A stretch of DNA of 64,000 nucleotides, taken from an uncultured Alphaproteobacteria bacterium. Lineage in GTDB: Bacteria; Pseudomonadota; Alphaproteobacteria; Rickettsiales; UBA1997. Below the pieces are notes generated by a model. It made no database searches, was not told where the DNA came from, and saw nothing but the letters and a program-made list of their open reading frames with translations. The number at the start of each line of letters is the position of its first letter. The first letter of the stretch is position 1. A program made the translations under genes and the position numbers. The stretch lies in assembly GCA_903937405.1 (NCBI GenBank), contig CAIZZE010000008.1, positions 8,641-72,640 on the forward strand. Direction: 5' to 3'. Shown piece by piece: positions 34,768 to 43,000 of the stretch.

Positions 34768-36378
34768 ATGTTAAAAAAAGCTTTTAGTTTAATCGAGTTA
34801 TCAATAGCAATCGTGGTTATCTCAATTCTGATTGTGGGATTTTTAAACGTTTCAAGTGGCAAGAACAGCAATAATAAGGTGAAAATCACCAAAGATCGTA
34901 TAGATATAGTTTATAAATCTCTTGGCGAATTTGTGCTGAAAAATAAAAGATTGCCTTGTCCAGCTTCAATTAAGGCAATTAAAACTAGGGATGCAAATTA
35001 TGGAATTGAAGGAACTGCTGCTGGAATATGCACTTCCGGAACGGGCGTTTATCTTTCAACCGCAAGTGGCGCAACTAATATGGTTTATGGAATGATTCCG
35101 GTTAAATCTTTGGGGTTAAGCAATGATTATGGAGAAGATGGGTTTGGCAGTAAATTTGCTTATATTGTAGATAAAACTTACACAACAGGCGCGACATTTC
35201 CCACTTCCAGCGGCAGCATTTTGATTCAGAAATATATTAATGACGCTTATGTTTCTGATTCCAATAACGCCATTTTTGCCATCATAAGTTATGGGCCAAA
35301 TAAGAGTAGCTCTTTTAATGCTAACTCAAGTTCACAAAATATACTTACTTCAGATGCCGATGAAATGTTTAATGATCCAATAACTTTAAATGATAATGAT
35401 GGCGCCAAAACCGCTGATTTTAGCCAGACATTGGTTAATTCTAGTGAGCGTAGCACTACATTTGATGATATAGTTTTTTACAAAAGTCGTGATCAATTTT
35501 TAAAAGATAGTAAGGCTGCAAATATAGTTAATGGCAATATTACTTCGAGTGCTAATATTACTGCCCAGAATTGTACTGGCGGAGTTATATCTTCAGTTTC
35601 GGGATCGACTGTTCATACCTTTAAAACAAGCGCAACCCTTGATTGTTTAAATAAAGGCACAAGAACAGCGCAACTATTGGTAGTGGCTGGTGGTGGTAGT
35701 GGTGGTGCACATTCCAACACAGATGGTATTGGTGGTGGTGGTGGTGGTGGTGTTTTTTATGCGTCAGAAGTTTCTTTAGATGCTGCTCAATACTATGTCA
35801 CAGTGGGTGCTGGAGCAACAGGATCCTCAGGTCTTGCTGGAAATAATGGTGGTAACAGTTCTTTTAAACAATACAACACTAGCACTGCTTTAGTAACAGT
35901 AGTTGGTGGCGGTGGCGGAGGTGGCAATGGATCTGAAGCCAGACCAGGTGGTTCTGGCGGAGGTGGGTGGCAATCAGGTGGTGCTGGAGGCGCTTCTAAA
36001 ACTGGTAGTAAAGATGTTAGTGTTAGCGGCGATTTCTATGGAAATAATGGAGGTAGCTCTACCGGAAGCGCTGGAGGTGGTGGCGGAGGTGCATCTGCAG
36101 CTGGCGGAAGTGCATCTACTAGCAATGGTGGGGATGGAGGTAGTGGCTTTACATCTTATATTTCTGGCCCTTATTCTGGTTCTGGCCCACTTCCAGTTTA
36201 TGGGTCTGGTGGTGGAGGTAATGGCACTGGCACAAAAGGTCTCGGCGGAACTAATGCTGGCGATGCAGGAACCGCCAATAAAAATGCCGTGAGTAATTTT
36301 GGTGGTGGTGGTGGCGCTGTAAAAGGTAATAATCCCGGTGGCTCTGGTGGTTCAGGAGTGGTCATAATTCGTTACTAA
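34768..36378 (+). CDS. type IV pilin-like protein (class III signal peptide) with C-terminal glycine-rich domain (paralog P1)
   Basis: MLKKA|FSLIELSIAIVVISILIV is a prepilin N-methylation motif with Glu at +5. About 240 aa are shared with P2/P3 (RLPCPAS, VYGMIPVK.LGL, EDGFG.KFAYIVDK, SYG.NKS, FDDIVFYK). aa 269-536 are Gly-rich (VVAGGGSGG...GGSGGSGVVIIRY). Confidence 0.7.
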   Translation: MLKKAFSLIELSIAIVVISILIVGFLNVSSGKNSNNKVKITKDRIDIVYKSLGEFVLKNKRLPCPASIKAIKTRDANYGIEGTAAGICTSGTGVYLSTASGATNMVYGMIPVKSLGLSNDYGEDGFGSKFAYIVDKTYTTGATFPTSSGSILIQKYINDAYVSDSNNAIFAIISYGPNKSSSFNANSSSQNILTSDADEMFNDPITLNDNDGAKTADFSQTLVNSSERSTTFDDIVFYKSRDQFLKDSKAANIVNGNITSSANITAQNCTGGVISSVSGSTVHTFKTSATLDCLNKGTRTAQLLVVAGGGSGGAHSNTDGIGGGGGGGVFYASEVSLDAAQYYVTVGAGATGSSGLAGNNGGNSSFKQYNTSTALVTVVGGGGGGGNGSEARPGGSGGGGWQSGGAGGASKTGSKDVSVSGDFYGNNGGSSTGSAGGGGGGASAAGGSASTSNGGDGGSGFTSYISGPYSGSGPLPVYGSGGGGNGTGTKGLGGTNAGDAGTANKNAVSNFGGGGGAVKGNNPGGSGGSGVVIIRY

Positions 36379-36379
36379 A

Positions 36380-36406
36380 CTTGAGATTTACCATCTCAAG
36401 TTTTTT
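36380..36406 (+). terminator. rho-independent terminator after P1
   Basis: CTTGAGAT (36380-36387) pairs with ATCTCAAG (36393-36400), followed by a T6 run. Confidence 0.65.
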
Positions 36407-36559
36407 ATGACATTGTCAAATTTGTTTCCATCAGTGCAAAGGCGTTTGATTTTTTATTTCTCTTCTACCGAAGAGCCATCTTGAGGTAAGTTGTAATAGC
36501 CCAAACTTTAGGAACCTCTAAAAATTAGAAATAAATTTATGAAATTTTTTTAGAAAAAA

Positions 36560-37507
36560 ATGCAAAAAAAAGCTTACAGTCTAATCGAACTCTCAATCGT
36601 AATTTTAATCATCTCAATCCTGATTAGTGGCGCATTAACGGTTTTTAGTGGTTCGGCAAATAATAAAAAAATCACCACCACCAAAAACCGTATTGATGAA
36701 ATTTACAAAGCTTTGGGAGGATTTTTGCTTGTAAATGGCAGATTACCTTGCCCAGCTTCGATTATTGCAATAAAATCTACTGACGCAACTTATGGAACTG
36801 AAGGAACTGCCGCTGGAAACTGCACGGCTGGTGGTGGAGTTTATGCTTCGGGATCGTCTAATTTGGTTTACGGATTAGTGCCGGTAAAAACTTTAGGATT
36901 ACCAAATGAATATGCTGAAGATGGTTTTGAAGGTAAATTTGCTTACATTGTAGAAAAAAATTTCACCACTAGCTCAAGCTCAACAACTTTCAAAAACGCT
37001 ATTGCAACTGCAACCATGACTTTAAATGAGCTTCCGGGAGGTGTTAGTCAGGTTATTACCAATGATGCAATTTTGGCTTTAGTTAGTTATGGAGCGAATA
37101 AGTCTGGGGCTTTCAATGCTAATGGTACAGTTCAAAACACTCGCTCAAGTGATAGCAGTGAAATGGAAAATGATCTTGGTGCCAGTAACGCTTTTGATAA
37201 AAATCTGGTTTTTAATGCGCCCGATAGTGATGTTTTTGATGACATAGTTTTTTACAAAACTAGAAATTCTTTAGTTTCAGATTTTGATGCATTTTCGCTG
37301 GTTAATTGTTTGGCTGGCACTTTAAATCTTTCATATCCTACGGCAGCAGCATATTCTTGGCCTGAATCTTCTTATAACCAAGTTGTTCTTTCTACAACTT
37401 CATGTCCTGCGCCTTACACAACTACTGTTAGATATCCCACCAGAAGATGTGGTGCTTTCGGAGTTTGGGAAAGTAGCGTTATAAATCCTTGTACTAGTAC
37501 TACGTAA
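36560..37507 (+). CDS. type IV pilin-like protein with C-terminal sushi/CCP-like 4-Cys domain (paralog P2)
   Basis: MQKKA|YSLIELSIVILIISIL class III signal. The shared pilin-like core is as in P1. The last 62 aa have spacing C-x31-C-x14-C-x13-C with STTSCPAPY...PTRRCGAFGVWESSVINPC. Confidence 0.7.
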   Translation: MQKKAYSLIELSIVILIISILISGALTVFSGSANNKKITTTKNRIDEIYKALGGFLLVNGRLPCPASIIAIKSTDATYGTEGTAAGNCTAGGGVYASGSSNLVYGLVPVKTLGLPNEYAEDGFEGKFAYIVEKNFTTSSSSTTFKNAIATATMTLNELPGGVSQVITNDAILALVSYGANKSGAFNANGTVQNTRSSDSSEMENDLGASNAFDKNLVFNAPDSDVFDDIVFYKTRNSLVSDFDAFSLVNCLAGTLNLSYPTAAAYSWPESSYNQVVLSTTSCPAPYTTTVRYPTRRCGAFGVWESSVINPCTSTT

Positions 37508-37509
37508 AA

Positions 37510-38451
37510 ATGATGAAAAAAAATTTAAAAAAAACAGCATTTAGTTTAATCGAAATTTCAATCGTGGTTTTGATTATTGCGATTTTAATCACCGGATCTT
37601 TATCTAGTTCGATTACAGCAATCAATAACGCCAAACTAAAATCAACGCGTGATCGCATGGATGAAATTTACAAAGCCTTGGGAAATTATTTATTGGTTAA
37701 TGGCAAATTACCATGTCCGGCGTCGCTTCTGGAATTAAAATCTAGCTCAGCAACTTATGGAACTTCTGTCGGAACAGCGGGAACTTGTTCTGGAGCCGGA
37801 GTTTATGTTTCTTCAGTCGCGACTAATTTGGTTTACGGAATGGTTCCGGTAAAAACTTTAGGATTGAGTAATGATTTAGCTGAAGATGGTTTTGAAGATA
37901 AAATTGCTTATATTGTAGATAAAAATTTCACCGGCGCAAGCTTTGGAACCGCTACTTCAACTGCAACAATGACAATTAAGGAAGTCTCTGGAAGCTTTAC
38001 AAACACAATTACCACTGATGCGATTTTTGCTTTGGTTAGTTATGGCATTAATAGATCAGGTTCTTTCCCGATTAATTCAGCAACGCAAATTGCTAGATCA
38101 AGTTCTTCTACGGAAATGACAAATGATCTTGATAGCATCAGCAGTCCGACTTTCGACAAGATTTTATTCAGGGAGGCTGCTAATTTTGATGATGTAGTTT
38201 TTTATAAAACCAGAAATAATTTATTGCTTGATTTCGGAGCTTTATCTTTGGTGCCATGTCAGGCTGAAGTGTTAAGTTTAAATTACGGAAGCGCTGCAGA
38301 TTATAACTTTGCCCAAGGTTCGTATGATCAATTGGTGGTTTCAACAACGCAATGTCCTGTTGGCTATAGATCGACTACTAATTATCCAACCAGAAGATGT
38401 GGTGCATTTGGGGCTTGGGATTCGGTGGCGGTAAATCCTTGTACGCCGTAA
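37510..38451 (+). CDS. type IV pilin-like protein with C-terminal sushi/CCP-like 4-Cys domain (paralog P3)
   Basis: KKTA|FSLIEISIVVLIIAIL class III signal. Starts 2 nt after the P2 stop. Same C-x31-C-x14-C-x13-C tail (STTQCPVGY...PTRRCGAFGAWDSVAVNPC). Confidence 0.7.
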   Translation: MMKKNLKKTAFSLIEISIVVLIIAILITGSLSSSITAINNAKLKSTRDRMDEIYKALGNYLLVNGKLPCPASLLELKSSSATYGTSVGTAGTCSGAGVYVSSVATNLVYGMVPVKTLGLSNDLAEDGFEDKIAYIVDKNFTGASFGTATSTATMTIKEVSGSFTNTITTDAIFALVSYGINRSGSFPINSATQIARSSSSTEMTNDLDSISSPTFDKILFREAANFDDVVFYKTRNNLLLDFGALSLVPCQAEVLSLNYGSAADYNFAQGSYDQLVVSTTQCPVGYRSTTNYPTRRCGAFGAWDSVAVNPCTP

Positions 38452-38474
38452 ATTCGGTATATTCACACACGATA

Positions 38475-38502
38475 GTCATCCTGAACTTGTTTCAGGATCT
38501 AT
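38475..38502. repeat. HP1 half-element (single right arm), likely acting as terminator hairpin after P3
   Basis: GTCATCCTGAACTTGTTTCAGGATCTAT followed by TTTTTAA. No left arm is present. Confidence 0.8.
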
Positions 38503-38600
38503 TTTTAATTTGGTATAAAGCAAAAATATCGCGCATAAAAAAATCTGATGAAATTTCTTTCATCAGATTTTTTATTTTAATTTTTAGAAAAAACCAAAGC

Positions 38601-39035
38601 TTACTCAGCTCTAGTAGGTCTTCTATTATCTCTAGAATCTCTATCGCGATTATTATTTCTGTTACCGTGGTTTCTATTTCCCGACCTTTTGTCATTTCTC
38701 ATTCTTCTAGGAGGCTTTCTTGAAAGAACTTTTCTTTCAATTGAAGTAACCAAAAGTGCAAAAATAATTACTGCGGCGTTAATCGCGAATATTTTTACAG
38801 CTAATTCTTTTTCGCCATCCTGAATCAGGTCATAAACCAGATAAAGAACTGCTAAATTGTAAACTAAACCAAATATTTGTCCTAAGCGAAAGCTGAACAC
38901 ATTCGACATTAGATATTTGCTTTGCCATTGATGGCGGTAGTCTTGTTCTTTTTTTACAAGGTCAGGTGATACTGAAGAATTTTCTTGGTCTCGGTCTGAA
39001 TAATAATTTGAAGATCTTTGTCTATTTTCTCTCAT
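38601..39035 (-). CDS. hypothetical 2-TM membrane protein with Arg/Asn/Asp-rich C-terminal tail (possibly DUF2335-like)
   Basis: KKEQDYRHQWQSK followed by two hydrophobic segments resembles my recollection of DUF2335. The tail is RKPPRRMRNDKRSGNRNHGNRNNNRDRDSRDNRRPTRAE. Weak call. Confidence 0.35.
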   Translation of the reverse strand: MRENRQRSSNYYSDRDQENSSVSPDLVKKEQDYRHQWQSKYLMSNVFSFRLGQIFGLVYNLAVLYLVYDLIQDGEKELAVKIFAINAAVIIFALLVTSIERKVLSRKPPRRMRNDKRSGNRNHGNRNNNRDRDSRDNRRPTRAE

Positions 39036-39228
39036 TTTGTTTTAGTTTAAAAGCTGCCAATTCGTTATCTGACACGACTTCATACCTATCTTGACCAAGC
39101 GCATAATGCTCCTGCGCAAAAGGGAATTTTTTAATTCTACCAAGCGCGAAAGTTGGAACTGATGCGAAGCCGGCAATAAATCTGCGCACATATTTCAGCG
39201 CAAGCCGTGTTGATCTGACGAATGACAA
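39022..39228 (-). CDS. hypothetical small protein (TTG start), doubtful
   Basis: 68-codon ORF overlapping the start of 38601..39035 by 14 nt. The start codon is actually TTG. No family recognised. Confidence 0.2.
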   Translation of the reverse strand: MSFVRSTRLALKYVRRFIAGFASVPTFALGRIKKFPFAQEHYALGQDRYEVVSDNELAAFKLKQNERK

Positions 39229-39387
39229 GGGATTTAAGAATTTGAATTATAAGGTTTGGGTTTTTTTAGAAATGGTTGGTGAAGGTTGGCGTTCTATGGG
39301 GAGGAGTTTTAGAAAGCAAAAAGTTTTTTTACCTATGAGAGGTGTTTTTATAAAAATGTTTCAAACGTGAATTCGGGATAAGGTCTG

Positions 39388-39468
39388 ATAGATCCTGAAA
39401 CAAGTTCAGGATGACAGATTGGGCAGATCTTTCCCCCATCGTCATCCTGAACTTGTTTCAGGATCTAT
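39388..39468. repeat. HP1 palindromic element (full, short core)
   Basis: ATAGATCCTGAAACAAGTTCAGGATGAC ... GTCATCCTGAACTTGTTTCAGGATCTAT with a 25-nt core. Confidence 0.9.
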
Positions 39469-39537
39469 AGCAAAGCTCTTAAAACTCGAAGAGTTCTGCT
39501 TTGGTATAGATTATTTTGAGAACGGCCACTGATATTT

Positions 39538-40014
39538 TTACGGATGTAAATTTACCGATTCCGTTTGATCATCGCGGAATTTCTTTAATTTTTCTGCCAA
39601 AACTTCATCTGACAAAGCTAAAATTGCAATTGCTAAAAGAGCGGCATTTTTGGCACCAGCTTCGCCAATTGCCAAACATCCAACTGGAATTCCTGCTGGC
39701 ATTTGAACTATCGAAAGTAATGAATCCATTCCTTTAAGCGCGCGGCTTTCAACTGGAACGCCAAGAACAGGAAGCTCGGTCATTGCGGCGGTCATGCCTG
39801 GTAAATGAGCGGCGCCACCAGCGCCGGCGATAATTACTTTAATGCCATTTTCTTTTGCTGATTCACAAAATTCATAAAGTCTTTTTGGAGTGCGATGTGC
39901 AGAAACAATTTTTGTTTCGTAGGCAACAGAAAAATCATCAAGAACTTTGCAGGCATGCTCCATGGTCACAAAATCTGATTTGCTGCCCATTATAATTGAT
40001 ATTTCAGGTTTCAT
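39538..40014 (-). CDS. purE: 5-(carboxyamino)imidazole ribonucleotide mutase
   Basis: [14 protein letters not shown] and [10 protein letters not shown] motifs. 158 aa. Confidence 0.95.
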   Translation of the reverse strand: MKPEISIIMGSKSDFVTMEHACKVLDDFSVAYETKIVSAHRTPKRLYEFCESAKENGIKVIIAGAGGAAHLPGMTAAMTELPVLGVPVESRALKGMDSLLSIVQMPAGIPVGCLAIGEAGAKNAALLAIAILALSDEVLAEKLKKFRDDQTESVNLHP

Positions 40015-40052
40015 TATTTTGTAAAAATAAAATTAATATTTGAATAGGGGCT

Positions 40053-43000
40053 CTAAGTACAATCACAATTACCAATTATTGCACAAGATGGAGGACCATA
40101 ATAATCTTTTTCTGGTAGACAGTCGATATTTGCCCATGAAGCATTACCGCCCCAATTATTAGCGCAACCGCATCGACCAAGTACCTGATATTCATTATCT
40201 ACACATTTTAAGAAAAAATTGCTTTCGGTGCCCCCATCATGGTTTTGATGCTGACACCAACTTTGAGTGCCATTGTGGATTGAAGCAAATGGAGTAAAAG
40301 TATATTTTATACCATCTGCTCCATAAATTCCGTAAGTATCGTCACGTTTTTTACCTTTTGTAGCAAAGCAGTAGGTTTTACCAGTTGCTTTGCTGTCTGA
40401 TGAAGTGCAACCCCTGCAAGCTGAGCAAGCATTAGAAACTGATCCCCAAGATCCGCTTGCGTTACAAGTTATTGTTGGAGATATATCTGTTCTATCATAT
40501 GCGTTTCTTCCGCAATTATTGTCATAACTTCCGGTTGTTCCTCGATCTATAGCTTTTCCATATCCAGATGCGCAGGCCAGAGTTATGGTGGTGCCGCCCG
40601 CGGCATAAGTGTTGCCAGAGTAGGTGTGTCCCGCAGGAATATTGTCGCCTGTTGTATTGCAGTATTTCATACATTTCTTGCCGCTATTTGCGATTGCGTC
40701 AAAATAGAGTTGATCGATGTAATTAAATCCATTTGAAGAAGCATAGGAACATGTATAATTTGTGATCGCTGATTTGTTATTAGAGTCAACATAATCTGAT
40801 TCCATATATCCAGTTTTACAAATTTTTGTAGTAGGTGATTCACCAAGCGGAACATAGTGACTGGTTGTATCATAATTTGCGTTACTATCAACATCATCAG
40901 TAGAAGTTACGGTATCATTGTCATCGACAATCATACCATTATTGGCAACGCATTGAGGTACTACATCATCCCATTTATGAGTAGTTCCGTTACATTTTCT
41001 CGCCAAAGCATAATAACCAACACCACTAGAAGCGCCAATTCGATTTCTTTGGTAATGAGTAGCATTTTGACTGGTAAGAATAGGATTAGTTATATAGGCC
41101 GTAACCCCGAAATTTGTATCAGGCCAGTTAACGGTAATAGTTACTGCGTTATTGCTTCCATCATTTGCAGAAGTTGAGTGTTGAGTTCTACCAGCCCCGA
41201 TTCTTGAGTCTCCAGTTCCGACGCCAGTATAAGAATCTACGGAATAGCCAACACATTTATTGACGCAGCTTGAAGAAGTAGTGCTCCAAACATTTGCAGT
41301 TCCATTGGTAATGATGACCGAACGACAAACTCTTTGTGGGAGAGCTTCAACTGCTCGAGTATCATTAGCAAGGTTGGTGGGAATTGTTGTCAATGTGCTA
41401 TTTGTTCCACTATCGGTGCGGTAAGGTCCGCTGTCGCTAATTGTAAATGGAGTGCCGTCTTTATTATTAAGTGCTGGATATGGATATGGATAATAGTCGC
41501 TTTGACAACCGCCATTTCCAGAATCTGTCGTGACCACGCCATCAACCTGACCATTCAAAGGAACTCCGGTTACTTTGTTCCAATAAGCCTTACCACTTCC
41601 TGGAGAAGTTGTTATTGTCGCATCGCATTGAGTAGTGCAAGGATTTATAACTGGACCCCAATTTCCCATGTGATCACAATTACGCGTTGGGCTAATGCCG
41701 CTATCTGGATCGGCAGAAGTTTGGTCAACCCTAAAGAAACCTAAAGATTGATTGCCACCACCACATGATCCAGTTGCAACTGATTCTGTTTGAATACGAA
41801 GCGGGCTTCTTGAAGCATTGGTAGTAGGGAAGGTTGCGCCACCAGAATTATACCATGCTTGCCAATCGCTCGTAGTTGTAGGGTTTGTCGGTAAAGTAGG
41901 GGCGGAACATTGAATTCTGACGCAAGCATTTGTTACAGTTCCCCATTGGCCAATTTGATTGCAAGATCTGGTTGGAGTAGTTCCGCCGGTATAATCTTGA
42001 ATTGGTCCAAAGAATGGTCCGCCGGGATCTGTTGTTGCAACTTTACTGCCGATGGTAGTTGAAGTTGCTCCGGTTTTTTTGAAGCCTGTAATGCAAGAAA
42101 CAAAAGGGTTTGGAGAAGTTGGTGTTTCTAGGAAATCATTGGTTTTAGTGTAAGATGTCCAAGTAGCAAAACCATGTTCTGATCCTTTTGTACCAGAAAG
42201 GGCGTCCGGAGATCGATAGTTTACTTCATTAACTTCAAGCGCTCCATAACCACCTTGATAAAGACCATTTTTATCTGGTCCGGTTGTTGAAACTGCATCG
42301 CAGGTATAGCGTACGCAAGGATTAGTAACGGTTGCATTCCATTGCGCTGCTCCACTAACATTCAGACAACTTCTTTTTGGCGGAGTAACTACGCCGGCGC
42401 CATTTGTAGCAGGGCGCCAGAATCCGGTACAAATTCCTTCAATATCATACATGCCAAAAACTCCAAGTGGGAATTCAGCATGGCCAGTTCCGTCAGTACG
42501 TAATTGATGTGAAATATGAACGACATTACTTGTAACTGAAGATGAAGCGCCGTAAGTAGAATAACCTAATGAAGATTGAGTAAAATCAGGATCGCTTGGG
42601 TTTAAAATATTTGCTGTGGTGTTATAATCAATTGCGCTGCAAATTTGCGGAAGCGGCATGGTAACGCAAAGACCAGCTTCATGGGTAGTCTCAGTTCTAG
42701 CTATTTGATCATCTGCAAGTGTAGCTCCATCTACATAAGCTATACATCTACAATCAGGAGCCTTACCGCCTTCTCGACAAGAAGCTGGGTTGTCTACTAA
42801 GCATTTACCTCGAGTTCCGTCAGTCATTTTGTAAGCTACAATCTTTCTTAATTTTGTTGTAAAGCCAGAGCTGACGCAAATTTCATTGAACCAGCCATAA
42901 TAATTGCCGGTTGCAGCAGCAGAAAGGTTGGTATTGGTCACGGTTGAAGTGTCAGAAGTAGTGTTGCCTTTTTTCTTATTGCATAGCGGTAGCAGAACTT

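Noticed and set aside
35903-36292. 129-aa alternative-frame ORF inside the glycine-rich region of P1
   Set aside because: It is a shadow ORF produced by GGT/GGC/GGA-rich DNA. The main frame is continuous with the pilin-like N-terminus.
35700-36360. Glycine-rich tract as collagen-like or PE-PGRS-like repeat
   Set aside because: It has no G-X-Y triplet periodicity and no PE-type N-terminus. It is treated instead as a glycine-rich globular or solenoid-like domain.
38397-38723. 108-aa plus-strand ORF spanning the P3 stop, the HP1 arm and the Arg-rich tail region
   Set aside because: It crosses a repeat element and is antisense to the 144-aa ORF. Its composition (Ile/Ser/Phe runs) looks non-coding.
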